NCBI GenBank assembly: GCA_951406725.2
Contig: OX597814.1
Span: 201,562,001-201,626,000 of the forward strand
Origin: Octopus vulgaris
Taxonomy: Eukaryota
Length of the DNA stretch: 64,000 nucleotides
Direction: 5' to 3'
The notes under the pieces were generated by a model that searched no databases, was not told the DNA's origin, and was given only the letters and a program-made list of their open reading frames with translations. A program made the translations under genes and the position numbers. This document shows positions 37,925-52,219 of the stretch, piece after piece; positions within the stretch are counted from its first letter, which is position 1; each line of letters starts with the position of its first letter.

Positions 37925-38510
37925 GTGGCACTCCGTCAGTTACGACGATGAGGGTTTCAGGTGATCTGATCAACGGAACAGCCTGCTTGTGAAATTAATG
38001 TGCAAGTGGCTGAGTACTCCACAGACACGTGTACTCTTAATATAGTCCTCGGGGAGATTCAGTGTGACACAGAGTGTGACAAGGCTGGCCCCTTTGAAAT
38101 ACAGGTACAACAGAAACAGGAAGCAAAAATGAGAGAAAGCTGTGGTGAAAGAGTACAGCAGGGTTCGCCACCCCCCCTGCTGGAGCCTCGTGAAGCTTTA
38201 GAAATTAATATGCAAGTGGCTGAGCACTTCACAGACGTGTGTACTCTTAATGTAGTTCTCAGGGGGATTCAGCGTGACATAGTGTGCAACAAGGCTGGAG
38301 CCTTTAAAATACATGTACAAGAGAAACAGGAAGAAAGAGTGAGAGAAAGATGTAGTGAAAGAGTACAGTAGGGTTCTCCACAACCCCCTGATGGAGCCTT
38401 GTGGAGCTTTAGGTGTTTTTGCTCAGTAAACATTCACAACACCTGGTCTGGGAATCGAAACCACGAGCCTACGGCCGCGCGTCCGCTGCTTTAACCAGTG
38501 AGCCATTGTG
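37925..38510 (-). mobile_element. SINE-C with internal duplication of about 210 bp
   Basis: GAAATTAAT.TGCAAGTGGCTGAG block at about 37991 and 38201. Confidence 0.8.
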
Positions 38511-40020
38511 TCTCCAGAACCACTTATATACATACAAGCAACTTACAAAGACACAGACAAATATATGTGCACATGCACACACACACACACACATGCACAT
38601 ACACACATGCACACAAATGTAATCAGGCAATGCTATGTGTTTAAGAAGATCACTTATTGCTTCCAGGTTCAATAGTGATGTGTGGCACCTTGGGCGAGTA
38701 TCTTCTATTACATCTTTAAGTCAACATATAACTTACTTGCAATGACACACACAAATGGTGGTGGGGTGGGCAGATGAGGATACGTATGTATGTGTGTATG
38801 TATGTATATGTGTATGTGTGTATATGTGTATGTATGTACATGTGTATGTATACATGTGTATGTATGTGTGTATATGTGTCTATGTGTGTACGTGTCTATG
38901 TGTGTACGTGTGTATATATGTATGTGTGTGTATTTATGTGTGTATTCATGTATTTGTGTATGTATGTACATGTGTATGTGTGTGCATATTTATGTGTGTA
39001 TGTATGTGTATGTATGAATGTAAGTGTGTATATATGTATGTGTCTGTGTATGTATGCATATATATGTGTGCATGTATGTGTGTATATGTATGTATATATG
39101 TATGAGTTCATGTATGTATGTGTGTGTGTATTTATGCATGTATGGTTAAGATTTCATTGTAAACACAATCCGACAGTAAGGAACCTTATACAAGTGTCTT
39201 CCACTGTAGACTTAATTCACCAAATAAGCACACATGTAGAAACACCACTAACATGCGTATATACATGAAAGAGGGATTGGCAAAGCAATGTGGTTCAAAA
39301 GATCAGTTTGTAACCTCTTACTTCTGAGTTCAATTCTACTCTGTGGCACCCTGGTCAAGGTATCTTCCACTGTAGCATTAAGTTAAGATATAAGTAACTT
39401 ACAACAAACAGACACAAAACAATACGTACACACATACACACATACATATGTACACACATGCATACATACATAAATGCATACATACACACATGCACACACA
39501 TACATACACACACATACATATACACATACATAGGTACATACATAAATACATACATACTTACACACATACGCACACATACACACCCATACATATACACATA
39601 CATAGGTACATACATAAATACATACATACTTACACACATGCATACACTTATGCACACACATACATACACACATGCAGACTTACATACGTACATACACACA
39701 TACATACATACACATACATACATACATACATATATACATACATAAATACACACATACATACACACACGCACACACTTACATACACACACATACATACACA
39801 CATACATACACACATACACACACATACACACACATACAATACACACATACATACATTCATAAATACATACATACATACACACATATAGACATACACACAT
39901 ACATACACACATGCATACACACATACATACATATGTACACACATACACACATACATACGCACATATATACACACATAAACACACTTACATACATACATAC
40001 AATACTGGAACAGGAAATAT

Positions 40021-40210
40021 CAATCAAGTACCTGATGCACAAAAGGATAGAAATACAAGAAAAGCAGTAAAATGTGACAACCAATGCAGACTTTGTGGTG
40101 TTAACACCAAAGATATCACCCACATCATAAGCAATTGTCCAAATGTGTCATCACAGTATTATCTACCAATGAGACATGGTGTTGTAGTTAGGACACTCTA
40201 TAACGAAATC
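40021..40210 (+). mobile_element. R4/Dong-like zinc-knuckle fragment
   Basis: CRLCGVNTKDITHIISNCP..YLPMRH. Confidence 0.75.
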
Positions 40211-40393
40211 CATGTATTTAGTATATATTCAAATATTTATTTACTATACATTTTATTGATTTATTGATTTGTTTGACTATAGGCGGTGCTCCAGCATAGC
40301 CAAAGTCAAAATGACTGAAACAAGTAAAAGAATAAAAGAATAAATAAATAGTTATAAATACACCAACTCAATCCACAGTGTTCCCTAACCAGA

Positions 40394-40441
40394 CTATTGT
40401 ATGCATGTGTTTCAAGGTCGTTATCTCTTCTTCAGCAACAG
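40394..40441 (-). ncRNA. Decayed type-I hammerhead motif
   Basis: CTGTTG-CTGAAGA-agagataacgacctt-GAAA-CACATGCA-TA-CAATAG. Restoring two CpGs gives the palindrome ACGCATGCGT. Confidence 0.65.
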
Positions 40442-41149
40442 ATGCCAAAAAGGCTGATGTTATATGCTAACCCAAGAGACAGATCCCTCTTTTGATATTC
40501 CCCTCAACATTCATGAGTGGTTGTGCTGTTCAGTGACTTGCCATGTACAAAATACAGCTTGACAGTACTAAGCAGTGATGTGTAGAATCACAAGTTTGTT
40601 ACCAGTTCAAATATGCTTGAGGCATGTTCAAACTCATATGAAAGGCATTCACCATATTCAGTTATGGAGAATGACAAAATACAAATGTCATGCACTTTGA
40701 CTGCAACTAAAACCAAAAATGGGGAAACAGCTACAGAATGACATGACAATCTGCATAATTTTTCTCAAGGCTGGGTGCAACAGGAAAACCCCTATGTAAC
40801 AAGGTGTGCTAGGAAACTCCATTTGAGGGTTTTTTCTGTCTTGCAAGGTACTTGATGACTCTGTTTGTGTTGGTGCCACATAAAATGCATCGGTGCTGGT
40901 TCCACGTAAAGGGCACTGGTGAATGTGCCGCATTAAAAGAACTGGCACTGGTGCCATATTAAAAACTCCAGTGATGGTGCCACATAAAAGGCACTCAGTA
41001 CACTCTTGTGAAGTGGCTGGCATTAGGGGAGGGCATCCTCCAGCTGTAGAAACCATGCCAGAACAGACGATGGAACCTAGTGCAGCTCTCCCGCCTGGCC
41101 AACCACTGTGAAAACATCCAACCCATACCAGTATGGAAAACTGTTGCTA

Positions 41150-41198
41150 AATGATGATGATGCTGGTGATGATGATGGTGATGATGATGATGGTGATG

Positions 41199-41230
<32 letters not shown>

Positions 41231-41302
41231 GTGATGATAATGCTGATGATGATGGTGATGGTGATGATGATGGTGATGATGATGTTGATGATGATGGTGA
41301 TG

Positions 41303-41334
<32 letters not shown>

Positions 41335-42072
41335 GATGGTGATGATGATAATGATGATATGATGACAATGATGATGATGATGACGATGATGATGATGATG
41401 TTGACAATGATGATGATGTTGACGATGATGATGAGAATGGTAACGATGATGATGTTGATGATGACGATTACGATGATAATGATGATAATGACGATGATGA
41501 CAATGATGATGATGATGATGGTGATGATATGTTTGATGACATATTTCGAAATGGGAATGAGTTGACTAAATGAGAATCAAATCAAAAGATCTGCTTCAAT
41601 GGCAAATCTAATATAAGAGAGGTGGTTGTAACTGTGGACATAGTAATAATCATATTTGATATAATTATTGTTGTTGTTGTTGTGAGAAATGAGAAATGGC
41701 GGTGGTAGTAGGGATGGTTGTGGTGGTGGTGGTGGTGGTGGTGACGTCATGATTAGCAGGAGAAAGGAGAAAAAGAGGAAGGAAGAAAACAAATTAGTAC
41801 CAAGAGGAAAGTAAGATGTTTCAGTAATTACAGACGACTAATGTAAAGTGTCAGAGTGATGGGAAATCTGTGGTTGATGGTGATAAATCATCCATCATCA
41901 CCAACCGCATCTTCATCGTCATCGTCGCTATCGTCATCGTCATCATCGTTATCATCATCGTCATCATTGTCATCGCTGCCATCATCACCACCACCACAAC
42001 CATCATCATATCTTCATCACTATCATCATCATCATCACCACCACCATCATCATCATCATCACCACCACCACC

Positions 42073-42104
<32 letters not shown>

Positions 42105-42442
42105 CACTGCTATCATCATATCTTCATCACCATCATCATATCTTCATCACCATCATCATCATCATCATCATAATCAAGATCACAGGGATGATCATGATGA
42201 TGATTGTAATGATGATGATGATGATCATCGTCATCATCACCACCACCACCATCATCATCATCACCACCATCATCACTGCTATCATCACCATCATCATCAT
42301 CATATCTTCATCACCATCATCATATCTTCATCACCATCATCATCATCATCATAATCAAGATCACAGGGATGATCATGATGATGATTGTAATGATGATGAT
42401 GATGATCATCATCATCCTCATCACCACCACCACCACCACCAT
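41150..42442. repeat. (GAT)n tract followed by (CAT)n tract
   Basis: 41150-41530 and 41885-42442. Confidence 0.95.
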
Positions 42443-42834
42443 TTTTTTTTTCCTTTAACATCAATTTTTCCATATTGTCGTATATTAATTAGACAGGTCT
42501 GTCACGCAGCATAACATTTTAATCATCCTAGTCTTTCATCTCAAAGAATCAGTCTCCTGAGGTCTGAACTCACCATTTATTCCCATTCACTGACAGAACA
42601 TACAGCACTTTTCAGCCATTCTCATCTCATCTTCGTACCAGCACATTTGTCTTTCATTCTCAGGCTGTCTAACGCCATGTACCAACACCCAGTTCCCTCC
42701 ACTTCTAGTTTATAGTCTTCCTTTCATTGCTACACATTGCTACACATTCAACAGGTTATGTCTATTCTAAGCCTGTCTAGCTTCCACAGATATTCCACAT
42801 TTAGTAGGCGTGTCTGTCTAACACGTGGTGCCAC

Positions 42835-43494
42835 CACTGCTGGATTAACCATTATGCAAAATAAGCCCGTGTTTAGGGCATTGAGGGAAGGAAGGGGCAC
42901 CACAGAAAGGGTAAATGGTTTATGGTACAAAAGAAATCACTTTAAACTTGCTAAAATAATATTCAGGATAGGTAGTGAGCTGGCAGAAATGTTAACACAC
43001 TGGGTGAAATGCTTAGCAGTATTTCGTCTGTGATTATGTTCTGAGTTCAAATTCCGCCAAGGTTGACTTTGCCTTTCATCTTTTTGGAGTAGATAAATTA
43101 AGTAACAGTTGCATACTGGGGTCGATCTAATTGACTGGCCCGCTCCCCCGAAATTTCGGACCTTGTACCTTGAGTAGCAAAAAAGAATAATAACATTCGG
43201 GATGCCTTTATCTCTACTAAGTATAGATGCAGATGTGTTACCTAAGATTAATTTTGAGGATCTGACCAAAGACTTTACAATTCAAAAAATTAGGAGGAAA
43301 CTTTTCAAATATAAATAAAGTGGAAGTATACAAAAATGAACATTATTTTCCCTCTAATTTTTTTGTTTTGTTTTGAAAAATAAAAATTTATTTTATGGTT
43401 CGTTATTGCTTATATTTTGAATTACATAATCTTTTATGGAGGCACTAAAATCTTTTAAGTGCTGAGGGCCTCGATGGGACTTAATCCAGCCCTG
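42835..43494. mobile_element. hAT-like non-autonomous element with nested SINE-B; truncated second copy from 43565
   Basis: CA(C/G)TGCTGGATTAA and TTAATCCAGCCCTG termini. 43565-43830 aligns to 42835-42965 and 43190-43355. No TSD seen. Confidence 0.65.
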
Positions 43495-45361
43495 ACCCCA
43501 GGCTACTAATTTACACACACATACACAGATCAGTGACACTTTTCTTGTCCTTCCCCTCTCCTTTCAGTGCTGGATTAACCATTAAGCCAAAAAGCATGTG
43601 TAGGGCATCAAAGGGAAGTAGGGCACCACAGAAATGGTAAATTGTCTGCAGCACAAAAGAAAATCACTTTATACTTGCTAAAATAATATTCAAAGTGGTT
43701 TATAAGATCAGGAATATAATTTCAAAGTGTTCGTGGTGTCATGGGGAGGATCTGATCAAAGGATTTGCAATTAAAAGAAGACTTCTCAAATATAAATAAA
43801 ATGGAATATACAAAAATAAACTTAATTTCCCATCTTATTGTTATTCTTTTATTCTATTACTTCTTTCAGTCAGTTGACTGCAGCCATGCTGGAGTACCAC
43901 CTTTAGTTGAACAAATCAATCCCAGGGCTTATTCTTTGTAAGCCAACAATGTATTAACGTTAGCAAGCCGGGCGAAATGCGTAGCCGTATTTCGTCTGCC
44001 GTTACGTTCTGGGTTCAAATTCCGCCGAGGTCGACTTTGCCTTTCATCCTTTCGGGGTCGATAAATTAAGTACCAGTTACGCACTGGGGTCGATGTAATT
44101 GACTTAATCCCTTTGTCTGTCCTTGTTTGTCTCCTCTGTGTTTAGCCCCTTGTGGATAGTAAAGAAATATATTAGTCTCTTTTGTTGAACCGCTAAGTTA
44201 CGGGGATGTAAACATACCAACATCAGTTTTCCAGCAATGGTGGGGTAACAAACACAGACACACATATATATACATACATATATATAATACATTAAAGGTC
44301 AGTTTCAATCTTGCTTGCTTGCTTGCATGTAATGTCACTCAGTGAAACTGGCGCATAATGGCAAAATACCATGAATTAAGTTTACCCTGAAATGTTAATA
44401 CGAATTGAATGAAACAAGTTGCGCATGAATTGGTAAAGTAGATTTCAAGATGCTGGAGATTTTCAGGTTATAAATACCCAAAATGTGTATAATGGGAAAA
44501 TGTTCTGAAAACAACCTTCATCCTGAAAGGGAAGAAACTCTTATCTTTCTATTAAACAGAGAGTTGACAACAGAAAAGAAAAAGATTGTTTTTCTACAAT
44601 TTATATGCACACACCCACACACGCACTAAAAAGGTTCATACACACATCTATATACGCACATGCACAAGAAAAAAAAAACAGGGCTAAAAGCAAAATACAG
44701 AAAAATGTGTAAAAAAGGTATAAGCACCGCCTTTAGTCGAGCAAATCTTTGTAAGCCTAGTACTTATTCTATTGGTCTCTTTTGCCAAACTGCTAAGTTA
44801 CAGTGACATAAACACACCAGCACCGGTTGTCAAGTGAAGCTGGAAGGACAAACACAGACACACACACACATACACACATATATATACATATATACAATGG
44901 GCTTCTTTCAGTTTCTGTCTACCAAATCCACTCACAAGCCTTTGGTCAGCCTTAGGCTATAGTAGAAGACACTTACACAAAGTGCCACATAGTGGGACTG
45001 AACCCGGAAGTATGTGGTTCGTAAGCAAGCTACTTACCACACAGCCACTCCTACTCCTATGTTTGAAAAAGAAGTAAAATTTATTGTTGTATTTCGGGAT
45101 GTTGTATCCCCTTTTTTTTCCCCACATAAACACACGCATCATATATATTTTTTGCTTCACTCATTTATCACTGTTATCTTATTATTTTAACACATGTCCA
45201 TTGACCAGATATCTTTCATCACACATCTGTGACCTACTCAGCGACACTTCTCATTTTCACATGTGTTCTTGCTCCACTTACTCCATTCTGTTCTTCTAAG
45301 ATGTGTATCTTAATGTGCACTTGGATTCCTGTCCTTGTTTGTGTGTGAGTGTATACATATA

Positions 45362-45762
45362 GGCGCAGGAGTGGCTGTGTGGTAAGTAGCTTGCTTACTA
45401 ACCACATGGTTCCGGGTTCAGTTCGACTGCATGACACCTTGGGCAAGTGTCTTCTACTATAACCTCGGTTTGACCAAAGCCTTGTTAATGGATTTGGTAG
45501 ACAGAAACTGAAAGAAGCCCGTCGTATATATACATATATATATATATATGTACATGTGTGTTTGTGTGTCTGTGTCTGTCCCCCCAACATCACTTGATAA
45601 CTGATGCTGGTGTGTTTACATCACCATAACTTAGCGTTATGGCAAAAGAGACCAATAGAATTGGTACTAGGCTTACAAAGAATAAGTCCTGGAGTTGATT
45701 TGCTTGACTAAAGGCTGTGCTCCAGCATGGCCATAGTGAAATGACTGAAACAAGTAAAAAAA
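45362..45762 (+). mobile_element. SINE-A
   Basis: Matches the other copies; a minus-strand copy lies at 44724-45058. Confidence 0.9.
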
Positions 45763-46140
45763 AGCATGTGTGTGCATGCATGTATATGTGTGTGTGTATG
45801 CTTGTGTGTGTGTCATAGCTTTTAGCTGCAGTGTGGCCTTCTCCTCAGCCCATCTTCTCACCCCATTGTGCTACTGCTGTCCTTGTATTCCTGTGTATCT
45901 GTTTTCACCCACGATGTAGCCATTGTAGTAGTTGTTGTTGCTATTGCCATCATTGTCATGGCTGCTGCTGCCGCTGCTGTTAATTGTACTGTTGACATTG
46001 TTACTGCCACCATGAAAATTCTTGTGTGTGTATTTGTGTTTGTGTGTAGGTTCTCTTCATAAGTTGTATGTATCCATGCCTTATATACATTTATCACAGG
46101 TATGTGACAAATATATTTATATGTTCATTTATTTATTTAT

Positions 46141-46338
46141 TACTCTTTTACTTGCTTCAGTCATTTTGACTGTGGTCATGATGGAGCGCCACCATTTTAG
46201 TCGAGCAAATCAACCCCAGGACATATTCTTTGTAAGCCTAGTACTTATTCATAACCGCTAAGTTATGGGGATGTAAACACACCAGCATTGGTTGTCAAGC
46301 AATGTTGGAGGGACAAACAGACACACAAAAATATACAT

Positions 46339-46401
<63 letters not shown>

Positions 46402-46562
46402 ACAGGCTTCTTTCAGTTTCCGTCAACTAAATCCACTCACAAGGCTTTGGTCGGCCCGAGGCTATAGTAGAAGATACTTGCCCAAGGTGCCACGCAGTGG
46501 GACTGAACCCAGAACCATGTGGTTGGTAAGCAAGCTACTTACCACACAGTCACTCCTATGCC
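46141..46562 (-). mobile_element. SINE-A
   Basis: Matches the other copies. Confidence 0.9.
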
Positions 46563-46578
46563 TACTATCGGGTGGGAA

Positions 46579-46767
46579 ATAGGCTGAATCCTGGAAGCGC
46601 TGCAATACCAGGCCAACCTGTGGCAAAGGCGGAGCAAGCTCCTAACACTTTGCCTCGTTCTAAAAATCAGTTTAATATCGATGGCCCCGAATAGGGACCA
46701 TATCAGATATTAAGCTGATAAGAACAGACACAATACTTTGATCATATCCAAAAGGCCAAGAAGTGAT
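46579..46767 (-). pseudogene. U2: Full-length U2 snRNA copy, probably a pseudogene or variant
   Basis: ATCACTTCTTGGCCTTTTGGATATGATCAAAGTATTGTGTCTGTTCTTATCAGCTTAATATCTGATA; Sm-like site GATTTTTAG; GGAGCTTGCTCC; loop IV TATTGCAG. Seven changes from canonical U2 in the first 40 nt. Confidence 0.93.
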
Positions 46768-47036
46768 TATTATTATTTTTTTTTTTTATACATCTATTTC
46801 TATTTCTCAAAAGTATCACAGATAAGTGCATATATGTCTATTGTATGTGTATTACCCTGTATGTTTCTGTGTATTATTTACAATATTGTTTCCTCTCTCT
46901 TCTCATCCCTTCTGTCTTTAGTCATGTGGTGTGGTGTTGTGGTGGGTGTTACTGTTTCATTTGTGTTTTCTATTGAGGTTTGGTCTGTCTACTGTTATGT
47001 GTGTAACCTCTCAAAGTGTTGTATCAGTTCTATGTG

Positions 47037-47306
47037 TCAATAATACTTTAACTTCTTATTAATCGAGCCTCCATGTTCTGCCGTAACATGTTGGTAGAGC
47101 ACTGATAAGCTTTTCCCTTCTTTGAGCTCTTGCCAATGTCCATCTATATGCTCTCCTATGCTGTGTGAAGTCTCTCCAATGTAAATAGTTGTCATGTTTC
47201 TGCACCGTCCCTCAGTACATCATAAGCTATACACTACATTCCAAACCTTGCAGTTAGCCTGCATGCTCATCCTACATACAACACAATTGCTCTCCATACA
47301 GGGGTC
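47037..47306 (-). mobile_element. Penelope-like element GIY-YIG endonuclease fragment (one in-frame stop)
   Basis: DPCMESNCVVC..CKVWNVVYSL*CTEGRC..IYIGETSHSIGEHIDGH..SVLYQH: Cys linker plus VVY/YIGET. Absent from the ORF track. Confidence 0.85.
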
Positions 47307-47999
47307 CTTATCGAAGAGATACATATTGAAATTTCAAAAACGATAAATGAAAACTGTAGAAGAAGAATAACACTACAAAAAATACAATGCCATGACGCAC
47401 CACAATAAAAATATTTTTTTCTGTTAACTCAAATAACATTGGAAAGAAATGAATGAATTTATCTGACAGCCCAATATACTGGACCTGGTTCACAGGCATA
47501 CAAAATCAATATTTGAAGAGGTAAAAGTTAAAAACTGTCTGTTGTTTGTGTCTGATGTGAGAAAATATGCTGGTTTGAACTTTTGCCAAGGAAGCTATAG
47601 ATATAAGTTTTGTTAAAAACGTCTTTCTCTACAACAGTGGCATTATGCTAGGAATGTCAATTAGTGTAGCGAAAAACTGTTAAAGCATTATTGTGCAAGA
47701 TGAACTTTGATAACACATATAAATCACTCTACAACAGAAATATTACTAAGTTGCTCACAATGTGGCAAGGTAAGTTTTAGAAATGTCTATGAAAAGGAAA
47801 CAACAATGGACTGATGTTTCTTTTACTTTCAACTACTGATGCAAACAATTAAACATACATACACATAATACACATACATACATACATATATATATACATA
47901 TACATATATATGTATGTATACATATATATGTTGTATATATATATATACATATATGTATATATGTATATATATATGTATATATATATATATCATCATCAT

Positions 48000-48330
48000 C
48001 ATCATCATCATCATTTAGCGTCCGTTTTCCATGCTAGCATGGGTTGGACGGTTCAACTGGGGTCTGGGGAGCCCGAAGGCTGCACCAGGCCAGTCAGATC
48101 TGGCAGTGTTTCTACAGCTGGATGCCCTTCCTAACGCCAACCACTCCGAGAGTGTAGTGGGTGATTTTATGTGCCACCGACACAGGTGCCAGTCGAGGCT
48201 GGCGAACGGCCACGCTCGGATGGTGTTTTTATGTGCCACCGACACAGGTGCCAGTCGAGGCTGGCGAACGGCCACGCTCGGATGGTGTTTTTATGTGCCA
48301 CCGACACAGGTGCCAGATGAGGCTGGCGGG
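48000..48330 (-). mobile_element. Repeat D with internal 62-bp tandem units
   Basis: TTTTATGTGCCACCGACACAGGTGCCAG occurs three times. Confidence 0.85.
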
Positions 48331-48454
48331 TGTTTATATATATATGTATAAATATATATGTATGTATATATATATATGTATATATATGTATATATATATA
48401 TGTATATATACACATATATACATATATACGTATATATATGTATATATATATGTG

Positions 48455-48503
<49 letters not shown>

Positions 48504-50729
48504 TTATATATTTGCATGCATACATATGTATACATATGTATATGTATAGATATGTCCATTTATATACGAGTGTGTGTATGTATTTATATGTAATTTTGTA
48601 CGTAAGTGTGCATGTGTGTGTGTGTTCATTTTGTTTTTCTCTGCTAGGTTAGATAAATTAATGACTATATTACAAAAGCATTGCTGTACAGGCTGGATGC
48701 TCTTCCTGTCGCAACCCTTACCTATTTTTCAAGGGACGGGTCTCTTATTTCACATGTCTCTGCAAGTGTGAAGCAGGTGAAGGATTCCCTTTTATTCTCT
48801 TACTTGTTTCAGTCATTTGACTGTGACCATGTCGGAGCACTGCGTTTACTCAAACAAATCAACCCCTGGACACATTCTTTGTAAGCCTAGTACTTATGCT
48901 GAACCGCTAAGTTACAGGGATGTAAACACACCAACATTAGTTGTCAAGCGATGGTGGAGGGACAAATACATACATATATATACAACGGGCTTCTTTCAGT
49001 TTCCATCTACCAAGTCCACTCACAAGGCTTTGGGTCAACCCAACACTATAGAAGACACTTGCTCAGTCTGACTGAGGTCTGGAGAGCCAGAGGCTGCACT
49101 AGGCTCCAATCTGTTCTGGCAAGGTTTCTACCACTGGATACCCTTCCTAACATCAACCACTCCGAGAGTAGAGTGGGTGCTTTTAATGGGCACTGGCACA
49201 AGGTTCAGTCAGGCGACACTGGCAAAGACCACACTCGAATGGTGCTTTTAACATCAAATTCCTAACCCTAACCCTGACCCATGCTAGTATGGAAAAGTGG
49301 ATGTTAAATTATGATGATGAAATTTCTTCTGTATGCGACATGCTCCAGTCTTTCTCTTAAAAGTTGTATCAAAAATGTTTCTATTTTTCTTCATCATGTT
49401 CAGATCCACCAGACTCAATCATTTGCTACAATCACCTTAACAATTGGTTTCTATCTGAATAGGATTGATGCCCTTGTGTCAGTGGCATGTAAAAAGCACC
49501 ATCTGAACGTGATAGATGCCAGGCCTGGCTGACTGGCACCTGTGCCAGTGGCATGTAAAAAGCACCCACTGCACTCTCGGTGTGGTTGGTGTTATGAAGG
49601 GCACCCAGCTGTAGAAACATTACCAAATCAGATTGGAGCCTGGTCCAGCCTCTGGCTCTCCAGACCTCAGTCAAACCATCCAACCCATACCGGCATGGAA
49701 AACGGACATTTAAAGATGATGATGATGATAAATCCACTTACACATGTTTAGTTGGCCTGTGACTATGGTAAAAAAAAAAAAAAAAAAATCACTTCCCCAA
49801 GTTGCCATGTTGTGGAACTGAACCGGTAACCATGTAGTTGGGAAGCAAACTTCTTATCACAGAACCACATCTGTGCCCGTATAGAATTGCAGAAAAACTT
49901 TTTTAAAAACAAACTTACTATTTTACATAGCATATAAGAACATTTATTACAATATAATCAATATTTTGTGATAAAGAATATATAAATTAGCTCTCATCTG
50001 ACTCTCTGCATTTATCTCTAATAAATGCTTACGTATTATAATGTTTATCAGGCAATATTTCTTTACAAATTCTTTTTGCATAATTCGTTGTTCGGTGGAG
50101 TTTCTTTTCTATTTTTTTGTTTCATTAATTTCGTAGAAAGAATCTCCATTTTATCTTTACACTTATACATCTGCTTCCTGCTATCTTTCTCCGTTGTCTT
50201 TGTATTTATTCAATAAGCACTTATTCAAGATAATTCTCGTATTAACAGATAACAAATGCAAAACACTTACTTAGGTCATCACGTTATAGGTAGATTCACT
50301 CGTCTGCCGATGATTCTTAACGAATATTTCTCCAGACTAATTATTCACTTTCCTACTCTAATTCACAATTTGATTAACACTTGTGTTTTTTTTATATTTG
50401 CCCTCATCTTGGAAATGCATTGTAACTTGTTTCAGGGCATACCTACACACATGCACACACACATGCATACATCCATGCACATACATTTGATATGTTTGTA
50501 ACTACGCTCCTTCAAAAATCATATGTATATATATATGTGTCAGTGTGTATGTGCATGTATATATATATATGTGTATACATATATGTGTGTGTATATATAT
50601 GTGTATATATATAATGTGTGTGAGTGTATGTATATATATACATGTATATATATATATATATGCATATATATACATGCATACGTATATATCTCTATCTATA
50701 ACTCTCTATCTCCCCATCTATATATATAC

Positions 50730-50795
<66 letters not shown>

Positions 50796-51479
50796 GGGCA
50801 TGTGTACGTATGTATATATGTATGTGGATATATATAGGTGTGTATATATGTGCGTATATATATACATATATATATATATATACATACATATACATATATA
50901 CATATACATGTGTGTGTGTGATTGTGTGTGTGTGTATGCATATGTATGTATATTAGCAACTTCACTTCTTTTCCAAAACTTATCAACTGTTCTCTATGTC
51001 ACTTTATTCGTAACTTTTACAAAACCGATATCGATAAAAACACGTTGAAAACTTACTGAAAGTGTGACTGCTCGATATTTTCCAAATAAATCATAGTAAA
51101 AGATTTAAAATATAAAGTCTGAGTCTGAGGGAGAGGATATTTATTGATGTGTCTCAGAAATTCAATGTTGATGTTTAGCTTAAATGATACTGGAAAGTTA
51201 AAGATTTTTATGTTAGAAATACAGTTTGTTAGAAATTTGAAGAACAGCCATTCTTGAACTGATATGTTAGAGAAAGGAATGGCAGATGTGATTCTTTGTG
51301 GGATTTAAGAAATGAAGGAAAATGACTAAATACTGCAAAAACGTTTGATGTAGGACTCTGCCCTTTCTGTCATTCAAATGCAAACTGCCAAAGAGTATGT
51401 ATAAATGCAGTTGGTCAATGCCCATCTAAGATAAAAGAAGATATTGACCCCGCAGTTGATATCACCTCGCTTATTTTTT

Positions 51480-51764
51480 CATCATCATCACCATCACCAT
51501 CATTATCATCATCAGCATTATTGTCATTGTCATTGTCCTCATCATCATCACCATCATCGTCATTGTCATCGTCATCATCATCACCATCATTGTCATTGTC
51601 ATCGTGATCATCATCATTATCATCATAGTCCTCATCAGCATCATCATCATCATTATCGTTGTTGTCATCCTCGTCGTCATTATCATCATTATCATTATCA
51701 TTATAATCGTCATCATCGATATCATCATTGTCGTCATTGTCATCATCATCATCATCAACATCGG

Positions 51765-51815
<51 letters not shown>

Positions 51816-52020
51816 AATCATCCTCCTCCTCCTCATCATCATAATCATCATCATCATCATCATAGTCATCATCGTTGTCATCGTCATCATCATCATCATT
51901 ATTGTCATCATCGTCATCATCATCATCATCGGCATCGTCATCGTCATCATCATCATCATTGTCATCGTCATCGCCATCATCATCATCATCATCAAGATAG
52001 TCATCATCATCATCATCGTT
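51480..52020. repeat. Degenerate (CAT)n tract
   Basis: Read directly; source of the poly-H/I/M ORFs. Confidence 0.95.
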
Positions 52021-52219
52021 TAATGTCCATCTTCCACACTGTCATTTTCTGGATGGTTTGACAAGAGTTGGCAAGCCAAAAGCCTGCATCAAGCTCCATC
52101 ATCTTCTTTGACATGATGATTTTTACTGCTGGATGCCCTTCTGGATGCCAGTAAGGCAGCACTGGCATCAGTCAAAATTACAGTTTCCATTTTTGATTGT
52201 GATTTTGATTTTTGATTTA

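Noticed and set aside
38000-38371. 123-aa ORF with an internal repeat
   Set aside because: Antisense reading of a duplicated SINE-C segment.
38770-40000. Large inverted repeat
   Set aside because: Only opposed (TG/TA) and (CA/TA) low-complexity tracts, with no specific homology.
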